The notes under the pieces: model-generated
Told to the model about the DNA's origin: nothing
The model's input: only the letters and a program-made list of their open reading frames with translations
The model's database searches: none
Position numbers and translations under genes: made by a program
Shown here: positions 24,466 to 32,557 of the stretch, one piece after another
How positions within the stretch are numbered: position 1 is the first letter of the stretch
How the letters are laid out: every line of letters begins with the position of its first letter
From: a virus
Direction: 5' to 3' (one strand)
DNA length: 33,698 bases
IMG/VR virus record: IMGVR_UViG_3300007152_000001
Location: 1-33,698 of that record

Positions 24466-24638
24466 TTTTCTACTTTCTCTAGTTGTTTTTCTTTAGCATA
24501 TAAAAACTCTTGACCCTTGTTGCCTCGAACCATCAAAGTTTTTAAATCGCCTCTCCAATCAAATACCTTGACCAAAGTTCCTTCTTTATAGCCACAAATA
24601 GGCTCTTTTATTCTATAAGTTACTCCAACTTTTTCCAT
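24462..24638 (-). CDS. Hypothetical small protein (58 aa)
   Basis: The ATG at 24638 overlaps the end of the NinB-like gene. Its stop overlaps the ssb start (ATGA). Confidence 0.45.
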   Translation of the reverse strand: MEKVGVTYRIKEPICGYKEGTLVKVFDWRGDLKTLMVRGNKGQEFLYAKEKQLEKVEK

Positions 24639-25039
24639 TTTTCTGCCTCTTTTCTTACGTTCTTTGGAGTGTAAAAGCCGCCTGTATTCATAACCCAAAA
24701 GTCTTGCACCTTATCCACTAACTCGACAAAATCCTTAATGGACATCTTTGTCGTGGTTTCAACGCCTGTGTGAACTTTGTTAATCATGTGCACAACGTCT
24801 TTTGTGTACTCCAGCTTTTCGCCTTGTAGCGTGAAATAACAACCAGCGTCAGTCATAAACTTTGCTATATCTTTATTGCACGCCCAGTAAAAGGCATTTT
24901 GTAAGGTGCTTCGCTTTTGAATGTTCTCTTTGACTTGAACTTTCAACCCATGCTTTGTGTTACTCAAACAGCACTTTAGTGTTTGGTAGCACTCCTCAAG
25001 GTCAATGTCCTTTGTTACTAATATTTCCTGTGACTTCAT
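24620..25039 (-). CDS. ninB: NinB/Orf-family recombination mediator
   Basis: RSTLQNAFYWACNKDIAKF matches lambda NinB RSLDQNRKLWACLGDVSRQ. TTKMSIKDFVELVDKVQDF matches TSRMRVGEFAELLELIQAF. Confidence 0.7.
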   Translation of the reverse strand: MKSQEILVTKDIDLEECYQTLKCCLSNTKHGLKVQVKENIQKRSTLQNAFYWACNKDIAKFMTDAGCYFTLQGEKLEYTKDVVHMINKVHTGVETTTKMSIKDFVELVDKVQDFWVMNTGGFYTPKNVRKEAEKWKKLE

Positions 25040-25190
25040 TTCTCTTATCCGTATAAATCATCTGTACGTTGTTTTTAACGGTTTCAAAGTACGTTAGAAA
25101 TCGCTCCCAAGTTTCATCAATCTGTTGGACGCTATCGCAATTGGATAACGCCCTTTCAAGTTGAGTTTCTAGGCTACTTTTCTTGTGCAT
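25002..25190 (-). CDS. Hypothetical protein (62 aa); overlaps both neighbours
   Basis: ORF only; it overlaps the NinB-like start by 38 nt. Confidence 0.35.
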   Translation of the reverse strand: MHKKSSLETQLERALSNCDSVQQIDETWERFLTYFETVKNNVQMIYTDKRNEVTGNISNKGH

Positions 25191-25785
25191 TCTTTGCCTC
25201 TTTTTCTTCCGCCTCTAAAATCGCAAGCTTGTGCTTTGCCAAAACTGTCAGCATTCCAATATGCCGCTTGGCAAGTGGAAGGTCTTTGTAAAACTTCATA
25301 ATACTTCTCAAGTCTTCCGAGTTGTCGCAACGTGAAATATTATCTGCCTCACTCTCAAGGCTAACTCTTGCGCTGTGTCCGTCATCGTCTTCCGTTACCA
25401 ATCCGAGAATTGATAGCAATGCGTATCTTCTGGCGTAGGAAATAGAACTACCAAACGCCTGTGGGTCTGAAAGTTTTTTAAGTTCCATAGGGCAGTCTGT
25501 TTCGTATCGCAACACATCGCCTGTTTTAATGTCCACAAATTCAGTTACAACCAAAACACCAGCACCAGCACCGCTTGTGCTTCTTGTCGGTGGCTGTGAT
25601 ACAAAAACGCCGTGGTCTTCCAAAATTGGGTAAACTGCATCACACACCGCACCAAGCGAGGCATAACGGCTGTTGTGACCTTTAGCGTCCTTCTTAACTT
25701 TGCCGACCTTTCGCTGAACCTCAAAAAAGGCTTTGTAAATTGAAAGGGGAAGTGTGCATTCCCCTGTTTCCTTATCTATCGTCAT
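25174..25785 (-). CDS. erf: ERF-family single-strand annealing protein
   Basis: YASLGAV...PQAFGSSISYARRYALLSILGLVTEDDDG signature. Confidence 0.8.
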   Translation of the reverse strand: MTIDKETGECTLPLSIYKAFFEVQRKVGKVKKDAKGHNSRYASLGAVCDAVYPILEDHGVFVSQPPTRSTSGAGAGVLVVTEFVDIKTGDVLRYETDCPMELKKLSDPQAFGSSISYARRYALLSILGLVTEDDDGHSARVSLESEADNISRCDNSEDLRSIMKFYKDLPLAKRHIGMLTVLAKHKLAILEAEEKEAKNAQEK

Positions 25786-26078
25786 TTAATAATCTCCCAT
25801 GTAAATGTTTTACCGTTGAACTTAACTGTTAGAATTCTTTCATCTTCTTCTTGGTCGTTAAACTCTGTGCGCAAAAATACCGCTTCTTCCCACTCTTCCG
25901 AACCTTGTGCGCCAACTTCATAAGCTGTGTTAGCCTTTGCCTTTTCAATAGCGTCTGCGATGTTTTCAATAAGTTCATCACCAACAGCATCGCTTTCGAC
26001 AAAGTATCCCAACTCTTTAGCATCGGGATAGCCATCAATTTGAGGGTGGAAATATACATCTTGTGGAATATTGCTCAT
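25782..26078 (-). CDS. Hypothetical acidic protein (98 aa); first gene behind promoter cassette A
   Basis: ORF whose stop overlaps the erf start (ATGA). Confidence 0.55.
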   Translation of the reverse strand: MSNIPQDVYFHPQIDGYPDAKELGYFVESDAVGDELIENIADAIEKAKANTAYEVGAQGSEEWEEAVFLRTEFNDQEEDERILTVKFNGKTFTWEIIK

Positions 26079-26082
26079 TTGC

Positions 26083-26141
26083 TTAACCTTTATTTATATT
26101 GTTCATGGTTATAATATAAACACGCTTGACCTAAATGTCAA
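26083..26141 (-). promoter_or_regulatory. Early promoter cassette, copy A: TTGACA-17-TATATT, then ATAACC, then mini-ORF ATG AAC AAT ATA AAT AAA GGT TAA
   Basis: Near-consensus sigma70 hexamers at 26136-26141 and 26113-26118. The conserved element lies at 26096-26112. Confidence 0.65.
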
Positions 26142-26427
26142 ACTCTAAAATAAGGTTAAACGCAATTATTTTTTCCCTTGTGCGTTTTACGGCTTCTTCT
26201 TGGTCGAACCAGTTGTAATCTTGGTGGATTTTGCGGTGGCAAGCTTGGCATAGCGGTATGGTTTCGGTGTCAGGTGCTTTTAAGCCCATGCCCTTAACGC
26301 CACCAATCTTGTGATGCACTTCCACAGGCGTTGTATAGCAAACGTAACAAGGAAGCTTCGCCACGGCTTCCATGTATTTGCGGTTTTTCCTGTGTCCTTT
26401 GGGTGGTTTAAAGTATGTTTTATGCAT
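26131..26427 (-). CDS. HNH/zinc-finger nuclease-like protein (Ref / DUF968-like)
   Basis: LPCYVC...VEVHHKIGG...IPLCQACHRKIH pattern. Confidence 0.5.
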   Translation of the reverse strand: MHKTYFKPPKGHRKNRKYMEAVAKLPCYVCYTTPVEVHHKIGGVKGMGLKAPDTETIPLCQACHRKIHQDYNWFDQEEAVKRTREKIIAFNLILEFDI

Positions 26428-26908
26428 TTCTGACTTTATCCCTTTGCGATACGCACAGCTTATCAAGCTTTGAATAATGCTCCAACATCATGCCGTTAAG
26501 TCCACACGTCTTGACATGGCACTTCTTTTGCTCGTCTGAAAAGTCGCTGTCATCGTCAAGGATAATATAATGCTTTACGGATTTATCATTATCAAACCAC
26601 CGCTCTATCTGCTCGCCACGACTACCCTTAAACCTGTCAGTTTTCCAGTTTGGGTGCAACTGAAAACGACAACCGTTTCCTTTTAGTATCGCACCCATCG
26701 TTCTTCTGTCGTAGTGGTTTCGCCATGTGCTACTTATGACGACTTTGTATCCATATTCGGCACAAACATGGTTTAAAAACTGCACAGCAACAGGGTCAAA
26801 CTGCCCCCATGTACCGCCCACAATCTTTTCATTTGTTGCAACATAAACACGGCTTGAGGTTAAAACACCGTCAATGTCTAAAAATATAATGCCGTTTACA
26901 CTAGCCAT
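26420..26908 (-). CDS. HAD-superfamily phosphatase-like protein
   Basis: Motif I IIFLDIDGVL, then VVISSTWR and ILDDDSD. Confidence 0.7.
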   Translation of the reverse strand: MASVNGIIFLDIDGVLTSSRVYVATNEKIVGGTWGQFDPVAVQFLNHVCAEYGYKVVISSTWRNHYDRRTMGAILKGNGCRFQLHPNWKTDRFKGSRGEQIERWFDNDKSVKHYIILDDDSDFSDEQKKCHVKTCGLNGMMLEHYSKLDKLCVSQRDKVRNA

Positions 26909-27468
26909 GTCCAGCCCCCTATAACAACAGCCCCTAGCACGCCCTCTGTAAGCCTTGCACTTGCTTCGGTTCTCCAATACCTAACACGCAATGGGAAAAG
27001 CAACCCAGCAACGCTACAAGCGACTAGATAAGGCACGCTCCATGTGTTAAGTATAGCGCAAATCATGCAACCAGCGATAACGTAGCGGTATGACATGTGC
27101 CATGATGTAAAGCCTTTGTCGTCTGCTTTGTACCACTTTTCGAGCCAATGCAACATTCTTCTGTAATTGTATAATTGCTTCTTGTTACCAACTTCCTCGC
27201 AAAGCTTTATAACTCTACCGTAACAGTCTTTTTTAATGTGATAATAAACCCAATAAGTCGTTAAACTGCGATAACCACTCAAAATATACGTCAACAATAC
27301 GGCATAAATGCCAAGTGCTTGCCATGCTGTCATGTACTCCAAATAAACATATCCGCATAATATGGTTAAAAGCCCCAAATAAATGTACACGTTCCAGTAT
27401 TTAGGTGCACCCTGTCTACCGTCCATACTCCGCCAAGCGAAGGCTAGTGCTGTTATTAGTTCGTTCAT
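26896..27468 (-). CDS. Polytopic membrane protein (190 aa)
   Basis: Several long hydrophobic segments. ATG at 27468, just after the upstream stop. Confidence 0.55.
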   Translation of the reverse strand: MNELITALAFAWRSMDGRQGAPKYWNVYIYLGLLTILCGYVYLEYMTAWQALGIYAVLLTYILSGYRSLTTYWVYYHIKKDCYGRVIKLCEEVGNKKQLYNYRRMLHWLEKWYKADDKGFTSWHMSYRYVIAGCMICAILNTWSVPYLVACSVAGLLFPLRVRYWRTEASARLTEGVLGAVVIGGWTWLV

Positions 27469-27469
27469 T

Positions 27470-27724
27470 TTATTTCCTTTCATTATCGCCAAAAACAACG
27501 CCATCAATGCGCTTACCATTGTCCATCATGCAAATATATAAAGACACTAAGTGTACCAATGCAAAGCAAACGCCTACTTTATTTACAACATCGAAAGAGC
27601 CATTTACACAGTCAACTATTGCAACAAACAAACCGACAACAGAACCTACAACTGAAAGTCCAAGGCTTATACCTAGCAAAAGAAAATTAAATGCCAAAAA
27701 ATTGTCAAAAATCCTAGTCAACAC
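27470..27724 (-). CDS. Small membrane protein (about 85 aa; start uncertain)
   Basis: Hydrophobic segments FLAFNFLLLGISLGLSVVGSVVGLFVAIV and VGVCFALVHLVSLYI. Confidence 0.45.
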   Translation of the reverse strand: MLTRIFDNFLAFNFLLLGISLGLSVVGSVVGLFVAIVDCVNGSFDVVNKVGVCFALVHLVSLYICMMDNGKRIDGVVFGDNERK

Positions 27725-27989
27725 CTTCCACCTCTTTTCTCGCTTGGTTAATATACGACTTCGCATGTGACACTAGCGCAAGCTTACCGTTGTCGTTAAA
27801 GCTTGTTATGGTTGCTTCTACCATCGCCTCGCTAGGCTCGCCCAGCACCTTTTCTGTGAATTCTGTGATAGTTTTTAGCACGTCTAGCGAATGCTCTTTT
27901 CTAAATCGTGGGTCGTTTTCTGTCTTGTGCAGTTCTTCTATGTCGGCAATTTCTTGCTTTAGACTTGCCATTGCCTCTTGTATTTTCAT
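27714..27989 (-). CDS. Hypothetical protein (91 aa)
   Basis: Clean co-oriented ORF. Confidence 0.5.
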   Translation of the reverse strand: MKIQEAMASLKQEIADIEELHKTENDPRFRKEHSLDVLKTITEFTEKVLGEPSEAMVEATITSFNDNGKLALVSHAKSYINQARKEVEGVD

Positions 27990-28184
27990 TTATTCTTGCT
28001 CCTGTACATATTCAACTGTCCCTATTGTGTCGAAACGGTTTAGCTTTTCTTGAAGGGCTTGCTTAATTATATCGCTATGATGATAAAGCAACGCATCACA
28101 GTTGTCGTAAACATGCTCTCCATCAGGTATTATAAGGTTGTCTAATGCTACCAAAGCCTCTTCAACATCTTTTCTTGTTGTCAT
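27990..28184 (-). CDS. Hypothetical protein (64 aa)
   Basis: Clean co-oriented ORF abutting its neighbours. Confidence 0.5.
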   Translation of the reverse strand: MTTRKDVEEALVALDNLIIPDGEHVYDNCDALLYHHSDIIKQALQEKLNRFDTIGTVEYVQEQE

Positions 28185-28426
28185 TTGTTAAGCCTTTCTA
28201 ATCTTGCTCCAATTTTTGCCTGTTCAAAATCCTTATACCTTTCAAGGTGTGCATAGTGAGTTGCCTCTTTTCTTAAAATCTGCATCTCATTAAGCTCTTC
28301 ATCATCAAAAACTTCAACTGGCAAACCTTGATTGTTTATCTTGCCAACACCTATAAGTTTCTTATTGCTTTTAAGCCACCCAATCTTACCAACTGGTGCA
28401 TTGTTAATATCGACCCATACACTCAC
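28181..28426 (-). CDS. Hypothetical protein (81 aa)
   Basis: Clean co-oriented ORF with an ATGA-type overlap. Confidence 0.5.
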   Translation of the reverse strand: MSVWVDINNAPVGKIGWLKSNKKLIGVGKINNQGLPVEVFDDEELNEMQILRKEATHYAHLERYKDFEQAKIGARLERLNK

Positions 28427-28430
28427 AACC

Positions 28431-28904
28431 CTACTCCCCTTTAATTTTGTTTAATCGATCGCTTTCGCTCTCTTTCATTGTTGCCAATGTTTCTGTGGCC
28501 ATTTCGATGCCATTGTCTAACTCGGCAAGCTTACAAGGCACTAAAGAAGGGTGGCAAGCGCTGTGGCTAACCAAGAGGTCTTCTGTCTTCTTCCTTGCGC
28601 TGGTTAGTGTATCAACCAACTCCTCAACAAGAGCAATAAGCTCCTTGTTAGAAACTTCTAGCTTCTCTACTGATGCCAAAAGCGTTTCGTTGTCCGACAC
28701 GAGCTTGTCGTGTGTATTCACACAATTGACGATGTGTTGTGCGTTTGAAATATCCTTTAAGTCTTCAGATAGAACGCTACTAATCGAGCGGTAGATATTT
28801 TCATGGTCGCCTTTTTCTGAAATATGGTACACAGTCGTTTCGGCTATTCCGTTGTGTTCGAACCTCCAAGGTCTTGGTGTCACGTCTTCTAGCTTGTATG
28901 TCAT
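28431..28904 (-). CDS. Hypothetical coiled-coil protein (157 aa)
   Basis: ATG at 28904 in an ATGA overlap. The longer track version lacks support. Confidence 0.5.
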   Translation of the reverse strand: MTYKLEDVTPRPWRFEHNGIAETTVYHISEKGDHENIYRSISSVLSEDLKDISNAQHIVNCVNTHDKLVSDNETLLASVEKLEVSNKELIALVEELVDTLTSARKKTEDLLVSHSACHPSLVPCKLAELDNGIEMATETLATMKESESDRLNKIKGE

Positions 28905-29239
28905 TTGCTCTCCATTCTCTTTTTCATTTCTTCGGCTTCTCGCAACAAATCGAGCGTTTCTTGTGGCAAACATGTCTGACTATACCTTACACGTTCAATC
29001 AAATCACCAAGCAATTCCACGTCAGGGCGAGGTGGTGTGTATTCTTTGAACTCGTAAAGGTGTAAATCGCAGTCCCATATACATTCAATACCATTTCCGT
29101 CACACCTTGCAAATATATGACTGAAACTGCTTTCATCACTTTTATTTTCAGGCTTACCGCAAAAACCAACGTATTCAAAAACAACTCCAACTTTTATTCC
29201 TTTTGTTGGGGTATACTTCTTATTGTGTTCTAATTTCAT
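28901..29239 (-). CDS. Hypothetical protein (112 aa)
   Basis: Clean co-oriented ORF. Confidence 0.5.
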   Translation of the reverse strand: MKLEHNKKYTPTKGIKVGVVFEYVGFCGKPENKSDESSFSHIFARCDGNGIECIWDCDLHLYEFKEYTPPRPDVELLGDLIERVRYSQTCLPQETLDLLREAEEMKKRMESK

Positions 29240-29241
29240 TT

Positions 29242-29463
29242 CTATTCTTCCTCCACCGTTAGTTTTTCCAAGTCGGCTTTAACATCGCCAAACATTGCGT
29301 CAAAAATATAACCAAAATCGCTGTCAGGCTTTGCGCTTCTGATAACAACTTCCTCTTGCTTTTCGCATTCGCATTTTTCCATGACTTTAAGCTTTTCTTT
29401 TACTTCTTCCATCTTACTCTCTGCCGTTTCAAGCCTGCTTTTTATTTCTTTAATCTTATCCAT
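29242..29463 (-). CDS. Hypothetical acidic coiled-coil protein (73 aa)
   Basis: Clean co-oriented ORF. Confidence 0.5.
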   Translation of the reverse strand: MDKIKEIKSRLETAESKMEEVKEKLKVMEKCECEKQEEVVIRSAKPDSDFGYIFDAMFGDVKADLEKLTVEEE

Positions 29464-29631
29464 CTATCCAGCCCCCACAATCATTCCAACAATCATTAAC
29501 GCCACAAACGAGGCAGTCATTAAAAACGCAACGACTTGCTGTTTAAACCATGCTTGCTTGTAAAATGGCGTGCGTGTGCTGTGCAAGCGAATTGCACCTG
29601 TGCGTAAATCTTTGTTGTATTTATCTAGCAT
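29464..29631 (-). CDS. Small membrane protein (55 aa), below the ORF-track cutoff
   Basis: First ORF behind promoter cassette B. Product MLDKYNKDLRTGAIRLHSTRTPFYKQAWFKQQVVAFLMTASFVALMIVGMIVGAG. Confidence 0.4.
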   Translation of the reverse strand: MLDKYNKDLRTGAIRLHSTRTPFYKQAWFKQQVVAFLMTASFVALMIVGMIVGAG

Positions 29632-29635
29632 ATCT

Positions 29636-29694
29636 TCAACCTTTTTTAATATTGTTCATGGTTATAATATAAACTAACTAAATCAGCTTTGCAA
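29636..29694 (-). promoter_or_regulatory. Early promoter cassette, copy B: TTGCAA-17-TATATT, then ATAACC, then mini-ORF ATG AAC AAT ATT AAA AAA GGT TGA
   Basis: Hexamers at 29689-29694 and 29666-29671. The conserved element lies at 29649-29665. Confidence 0.6.
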
Positions 29695-30075
29695 GTGCCT
29701 TTTGCATATTTTTATAAATTTTTCGATACTGTCGCATAGATAATAAGGCTGACCGTAGTTTTCAACCGTTTCTTGAATGTGCTTTTGTTCTTTGGATTGC
29801 TTGCCGCCCTGCTTTTTTATCGGCTTTCCTGTGGCTTTTGATAGCTTGATGCTTGGCGGTGCTTTTAACTCGATGTGTATCACACCGCCCCTGTGAAATA
29901 TCTTTAGGTCTGCTGTGCCTATCAGCATTCCCTCACGTTCCATCTGCTTTTTGTGGTGCGGCTTCATAGGTGCGCCATTTAAAGATGCCTCTATAATCGC
30001 CACGCTTGGTCTGTACTGCATTTTGAACCAAGTGACGCAATGAACTTGAAGTTTGCTTTCAGCTTTTGACCTCAC
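29683..30075 (-). CDS. VRR-NUC domain nuclease
   Basis: GTADLKIFHRGGVIHIELKAP ... SKEQKHIQE pattern (PD-(D/E)xK core). Confidence 0.7.
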   Translation of the reverse strand: MRSKAESKLQVHCVTWFKMQYRPSVAIIEASLNGAPMKPHHKKQMEREGMLIGTADLKIFHRGGVIHIELKAPPSIKLSKATGKPIKKQGGKQSKEQKHIQETVENYGQPYYLCDSIEKFIKICKRHLQS

Positions 30076-30365
30076 ATTTTAACCTCGTTTCTTTTCAGTT
30101 CATGCTTTGGCATTTCTTCACTTAGCCAGCGGTCAATGTCGTCTGTGAACATATCCCTGTTCTCTTGCCATGTGATTATGTAATCACCCTTTTGCCATTC
30201 TACAATGCGTGGATTGTATTTTGTTTGCGTGCGGACAACCTCAAACACTTCCTCAATTGTCGCCTTGTTCATTTCGCAGAAACGCCTTGAAATTGGCTTA
30301 CCCTCTGACAGTCGTTCCATTACTCTTTTGTAAAAACCCATTTTTGTTTTTGTTGTTAGGCTCAT
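30072..30365 (-). CDS. Hypothetical protein (97 aa)
   Basis: Clean co-oriented ORF with an ATGA-type overlap. Confidence 0.5.
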   Translation of the reverse strand: MSLTTKTKMGFYKRVMERLSEGKPISRRFCEMNKATIEEVFEVVRTQTKYNPRIVEWQKGDYIITWQENRDMFTDDIDRWLSEEMPKHELKRNEVKM

Positions 30366-30368
30366 TTT

Positions 30369-30542
30369 TTAGTCCTCTTTTTTATGTTTCAATACAGCCT
30401 TCATCATCTCATTGATTGAATGAACCGAGGGATAGTCAACCACCCATTTGTGCCCATTCCACAAGAGCGATGCCGTTGGCGTTGTGTGCCTTGCGATTAT
30501 CGTTGGCACTCCGTTTTTTATTTTTACTTCTCTAGTGTGCAT
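30369..30542 (-). CDS. Hypothetical protein (57 aa), below the ORF-track cutoff
   Basis: The ATG follows the dnaB TAA immediately. Product MHTREVKIKNGVPTIIARHTTPTASLLWNGHKWVVDYPSVHSINEMMKAVLKHKKED. Confidence 0.4.
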   Translation of the reverse strand: MHTREVKIKNGVPTIIARHTTPTASLLWNGHKWVVDYPSVHSINEMMKAVLKHKKED

Positions 30543-31832
30543 TTACCATACTCCATTAACCTGTTCACCGCTTGTGTAAGTCTGCTTTACACCATCAAAG
30601 GACAAATATATCTTTTGGTTTGGTGCGCTGTTGCGTGTCTTAATCATATGACCCACAATTTCAGTTGGCTGGTTAGGAACAAATTCCTCCGTCACCCTGT
30701 CAAGAACAGTAACAGTAAATGATGGCTTAATCATTGCCGAGCCACCCATTATCCCTGACATATCAGGCTTCTTCTTCTTACCGTCCTTATCTTTTTTAAT
30801 CATATCATTGTTAATGTGTGCTATCAAAATCACGCAGATGTTTTGACGCTTCGCAAGCTTTAGGCAAGTCTGCGCAATGTCTTCATTTTTTAAAAATACG
30901 TTGCTCTCACGGTGTGACACGTTTGTGGCACCATCAATCACAATAACGTCAAGTCCACGCTTGTTCTTTTGCTTGGCACTTGCGAGGTAAATGCTCTCCA
31001 GCGTGTCGTTTTCATCGTCTAGGTCTAGGTTTAACCCTGCCAAGCTTCCACCATCGCCCCACACTTTTTGCCATAACTCGTTTTGCTGTCTGCGTTGCTC
31101 TGCCGTTAAGCCGTTTCTGTAAGCTGAATAAGGGAAGCCAGTTTCACTAGAAACAATGCGCTTGATATAATTTTCCTCAACCTCTTCCAGTGAGAAGTAC
31201 CTGACGCCATGCTTCATTTTTGCCATGTTTCTGGCAATCTGCAAGGCAAGTGCAGATTTACCAACGGAAGGGAAGCCAGCGATAATATGCAACTCACCGT
31301 GGAATAATTGCCCCACAGCATCGTCAAAGCTTTTTATGCCTGTATTCATTCCCTTAACCTTACCGTCAGCAACCTTTTTTAGATACTCCCTTGAACGCTC
31401 GCCAAGGTCGCCTTGTTTGGATTCAAGTATGATGCCGTCTGTAAGGCGATTTGAAAGCTTTTGTATTTCTTCGGCTACCTCTTTACCTTTCAACTCACTA
31501 AATCGCTTCAAAATGCCGTTGGCTTCACTCTGCACGCATCTTTTAAGTCTGTACTCCTCTAAAACCCCCCAGCAGTCGTTGATATCGAATGGCGTGTAAT
31601 CCTCAATCAGCTTTTTAATTGTTTCTTTATCGCACCCACGGTCTGCCAGCGCAATCGGTGAAATTTCCTTACCGTTCTCTATAAGCCACAAGCACTCCTG
31701 CAAGATTTTCTTGTGCGCATCAATTGCAAAGTGCTCTTGATATACTGGTCTTGATAAGTGGTGGTAGTCACCCATCATAATATTGATTAAAAAGTTTTCT
31801 TCTGCTTCTTGGCTGTAAAATGTTTTGCCCAT
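30543..31832 (-). CDS. dnaB: Replicative DNA helicase (DnaB family)
   Basis: DnaB N-terminal domain (SQEAEENFLINIM) and Walker A IIAGFPSVGKSALALQIA. 429 aa. Confidence 0.9.
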   Translation of the reverse strand: MGKTFYSQEAEENFLINIMMGDYHHLSRPVYQEHFAIDAHKKILQECLWLIENGKEISPIALADRGCDKETIKKLIEDYTPFDINDCWGVLEEYRLKRCVQSEANGILKRFSELKGKEVAEEIQKLSNRLTDGIILESKQGDLGERSREYLKKVADGKVKGMNTGIKSFDDAVGQLFHGELHIIAGFPSVGKSALALQIARNMAKMKHGVRYFSLEEVEENYIKRIVSSETGFPYSAYRNGLTAEQRRQQNELWQKVWGDGGSLAGLNLDLDDENDTLESIYLASAKQKNKRGLDVIVIDGATNVSHRESNVFLKNEDIAQTCLKLAKRQNICVILIAHINNDMIKKDKDGKKKKPDMSGIMGGSAMIKPSFTVTVLDRVTEEFVPNQPTEIVGHMIKTRNSAPNQKIYLSFDGVKQTYTSGEQVNGVW

Positions 31833-31834
31833 TG

Positions 31835-32557
31835 TTATTTCCTTTTTTGGCTGTTTAGGTTTTTGATTAGTATGTCACGCCATTTCCATTTTGGAAACAT
31901 GCTTCTGCTTGTTGCGTTTTGGTTATAGAAAAGCTTTAAAGCCTCTTTAGCATCGAACCAGTTGAAAGATTGGTCAGGGAACATAACCTTTGCTGTGTCG
32001 ATAAACTCTTTAGGGCAACCTTCTTGAAACTCTTCCCACGTTACACCCCAAAAAGTGACTGGAACTCGGTCATCGTTATCTCGTGGTTTTAAATCCTTAA
32101 CAGTCAAAACACCTTTTTCTTTTTTTTCTTGAACTGTGTTTGAACTGGTATGAACTGGTATAGGTGGGACGGTTTCGTCTATTCGATGGGACGATTTCGT
32201 CTTATCGATGGGACGATTTCGTACTATGTTTAATTTCAATAACTTATCAGCATCGTAAGAGTACCAGCAAGTCTTATCATATCCAACCTTATTGTAATTA
32301 CCCTTCAACAATACACCATCTTTTAAAAGCTTGGAAATTATGCGCTTAACTTGCGTTGAGGAAAAGTAAGGCATTAAAGAACTCCAAGCCTCGTGGCTGT
32401 TGTAGCACCAATATTTATCGTCATAAAAGTGCTTGTCGTTTGCTTTGTTATTCTCGCACCAATAAATGATAGTGCTTAAAACAATACTCTCTTTTACACC
32501 GTACTCCATTGCAAGGTGTATGTTAAATGAATGCGTGTTTGGCAAAATGTCTACCAT
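31835..32557 (-). CDS. Replication initiator (winged-helix, lambda O analogue)
   Basis: Sits immediately upstream of dnaB. The origin-like iterons and an A/T run lie inside its coding sequence. Confidence 0.6.
   Translation of the reverse strand: MVDILPNTHSFNIHLAMEYGVKESIVLSTIIYWCENNKANDKHFYDDKYWCYNSHEAWSSLMPYFSSTQVKRIISKLLKDGVLLKGNYNKVGYDKTCWYSYDADKLLKLNIVRNRPIDKTKSSHRIDETVPPIPVHTSSNTVQEKKEKGVLTVKDLKPRDNDDRVPVTFWGVTWEEFQEGCPKEFIDTAKVMFPDQSFNWFDAKEALKLFYNQNATSRSMFPKWKWRDILIKNLNSQKRK
32141..32230. repeat. Origin-like repeats: 2 x tgaactggta (32141-32160), then 3 x 22-bp iterons tgggacg[g/a]tttcgt...
   Basis: Iteron copies at 32165-32186, 32187-32208 and 32209-32230. They are flanked by a T-rich run at 32113-32130. 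Confidence 0.75.

Noticed and set aside
32141-32230. Tandem repeats considered as a possible CRISPR-like array
   Set aside because: There are only three contiguous 22-bp units with no spacers. They lie inside a coding sequence next to an A/T-rich tract, and there are no cas genes. Replication-origin iterons are the better explanation.
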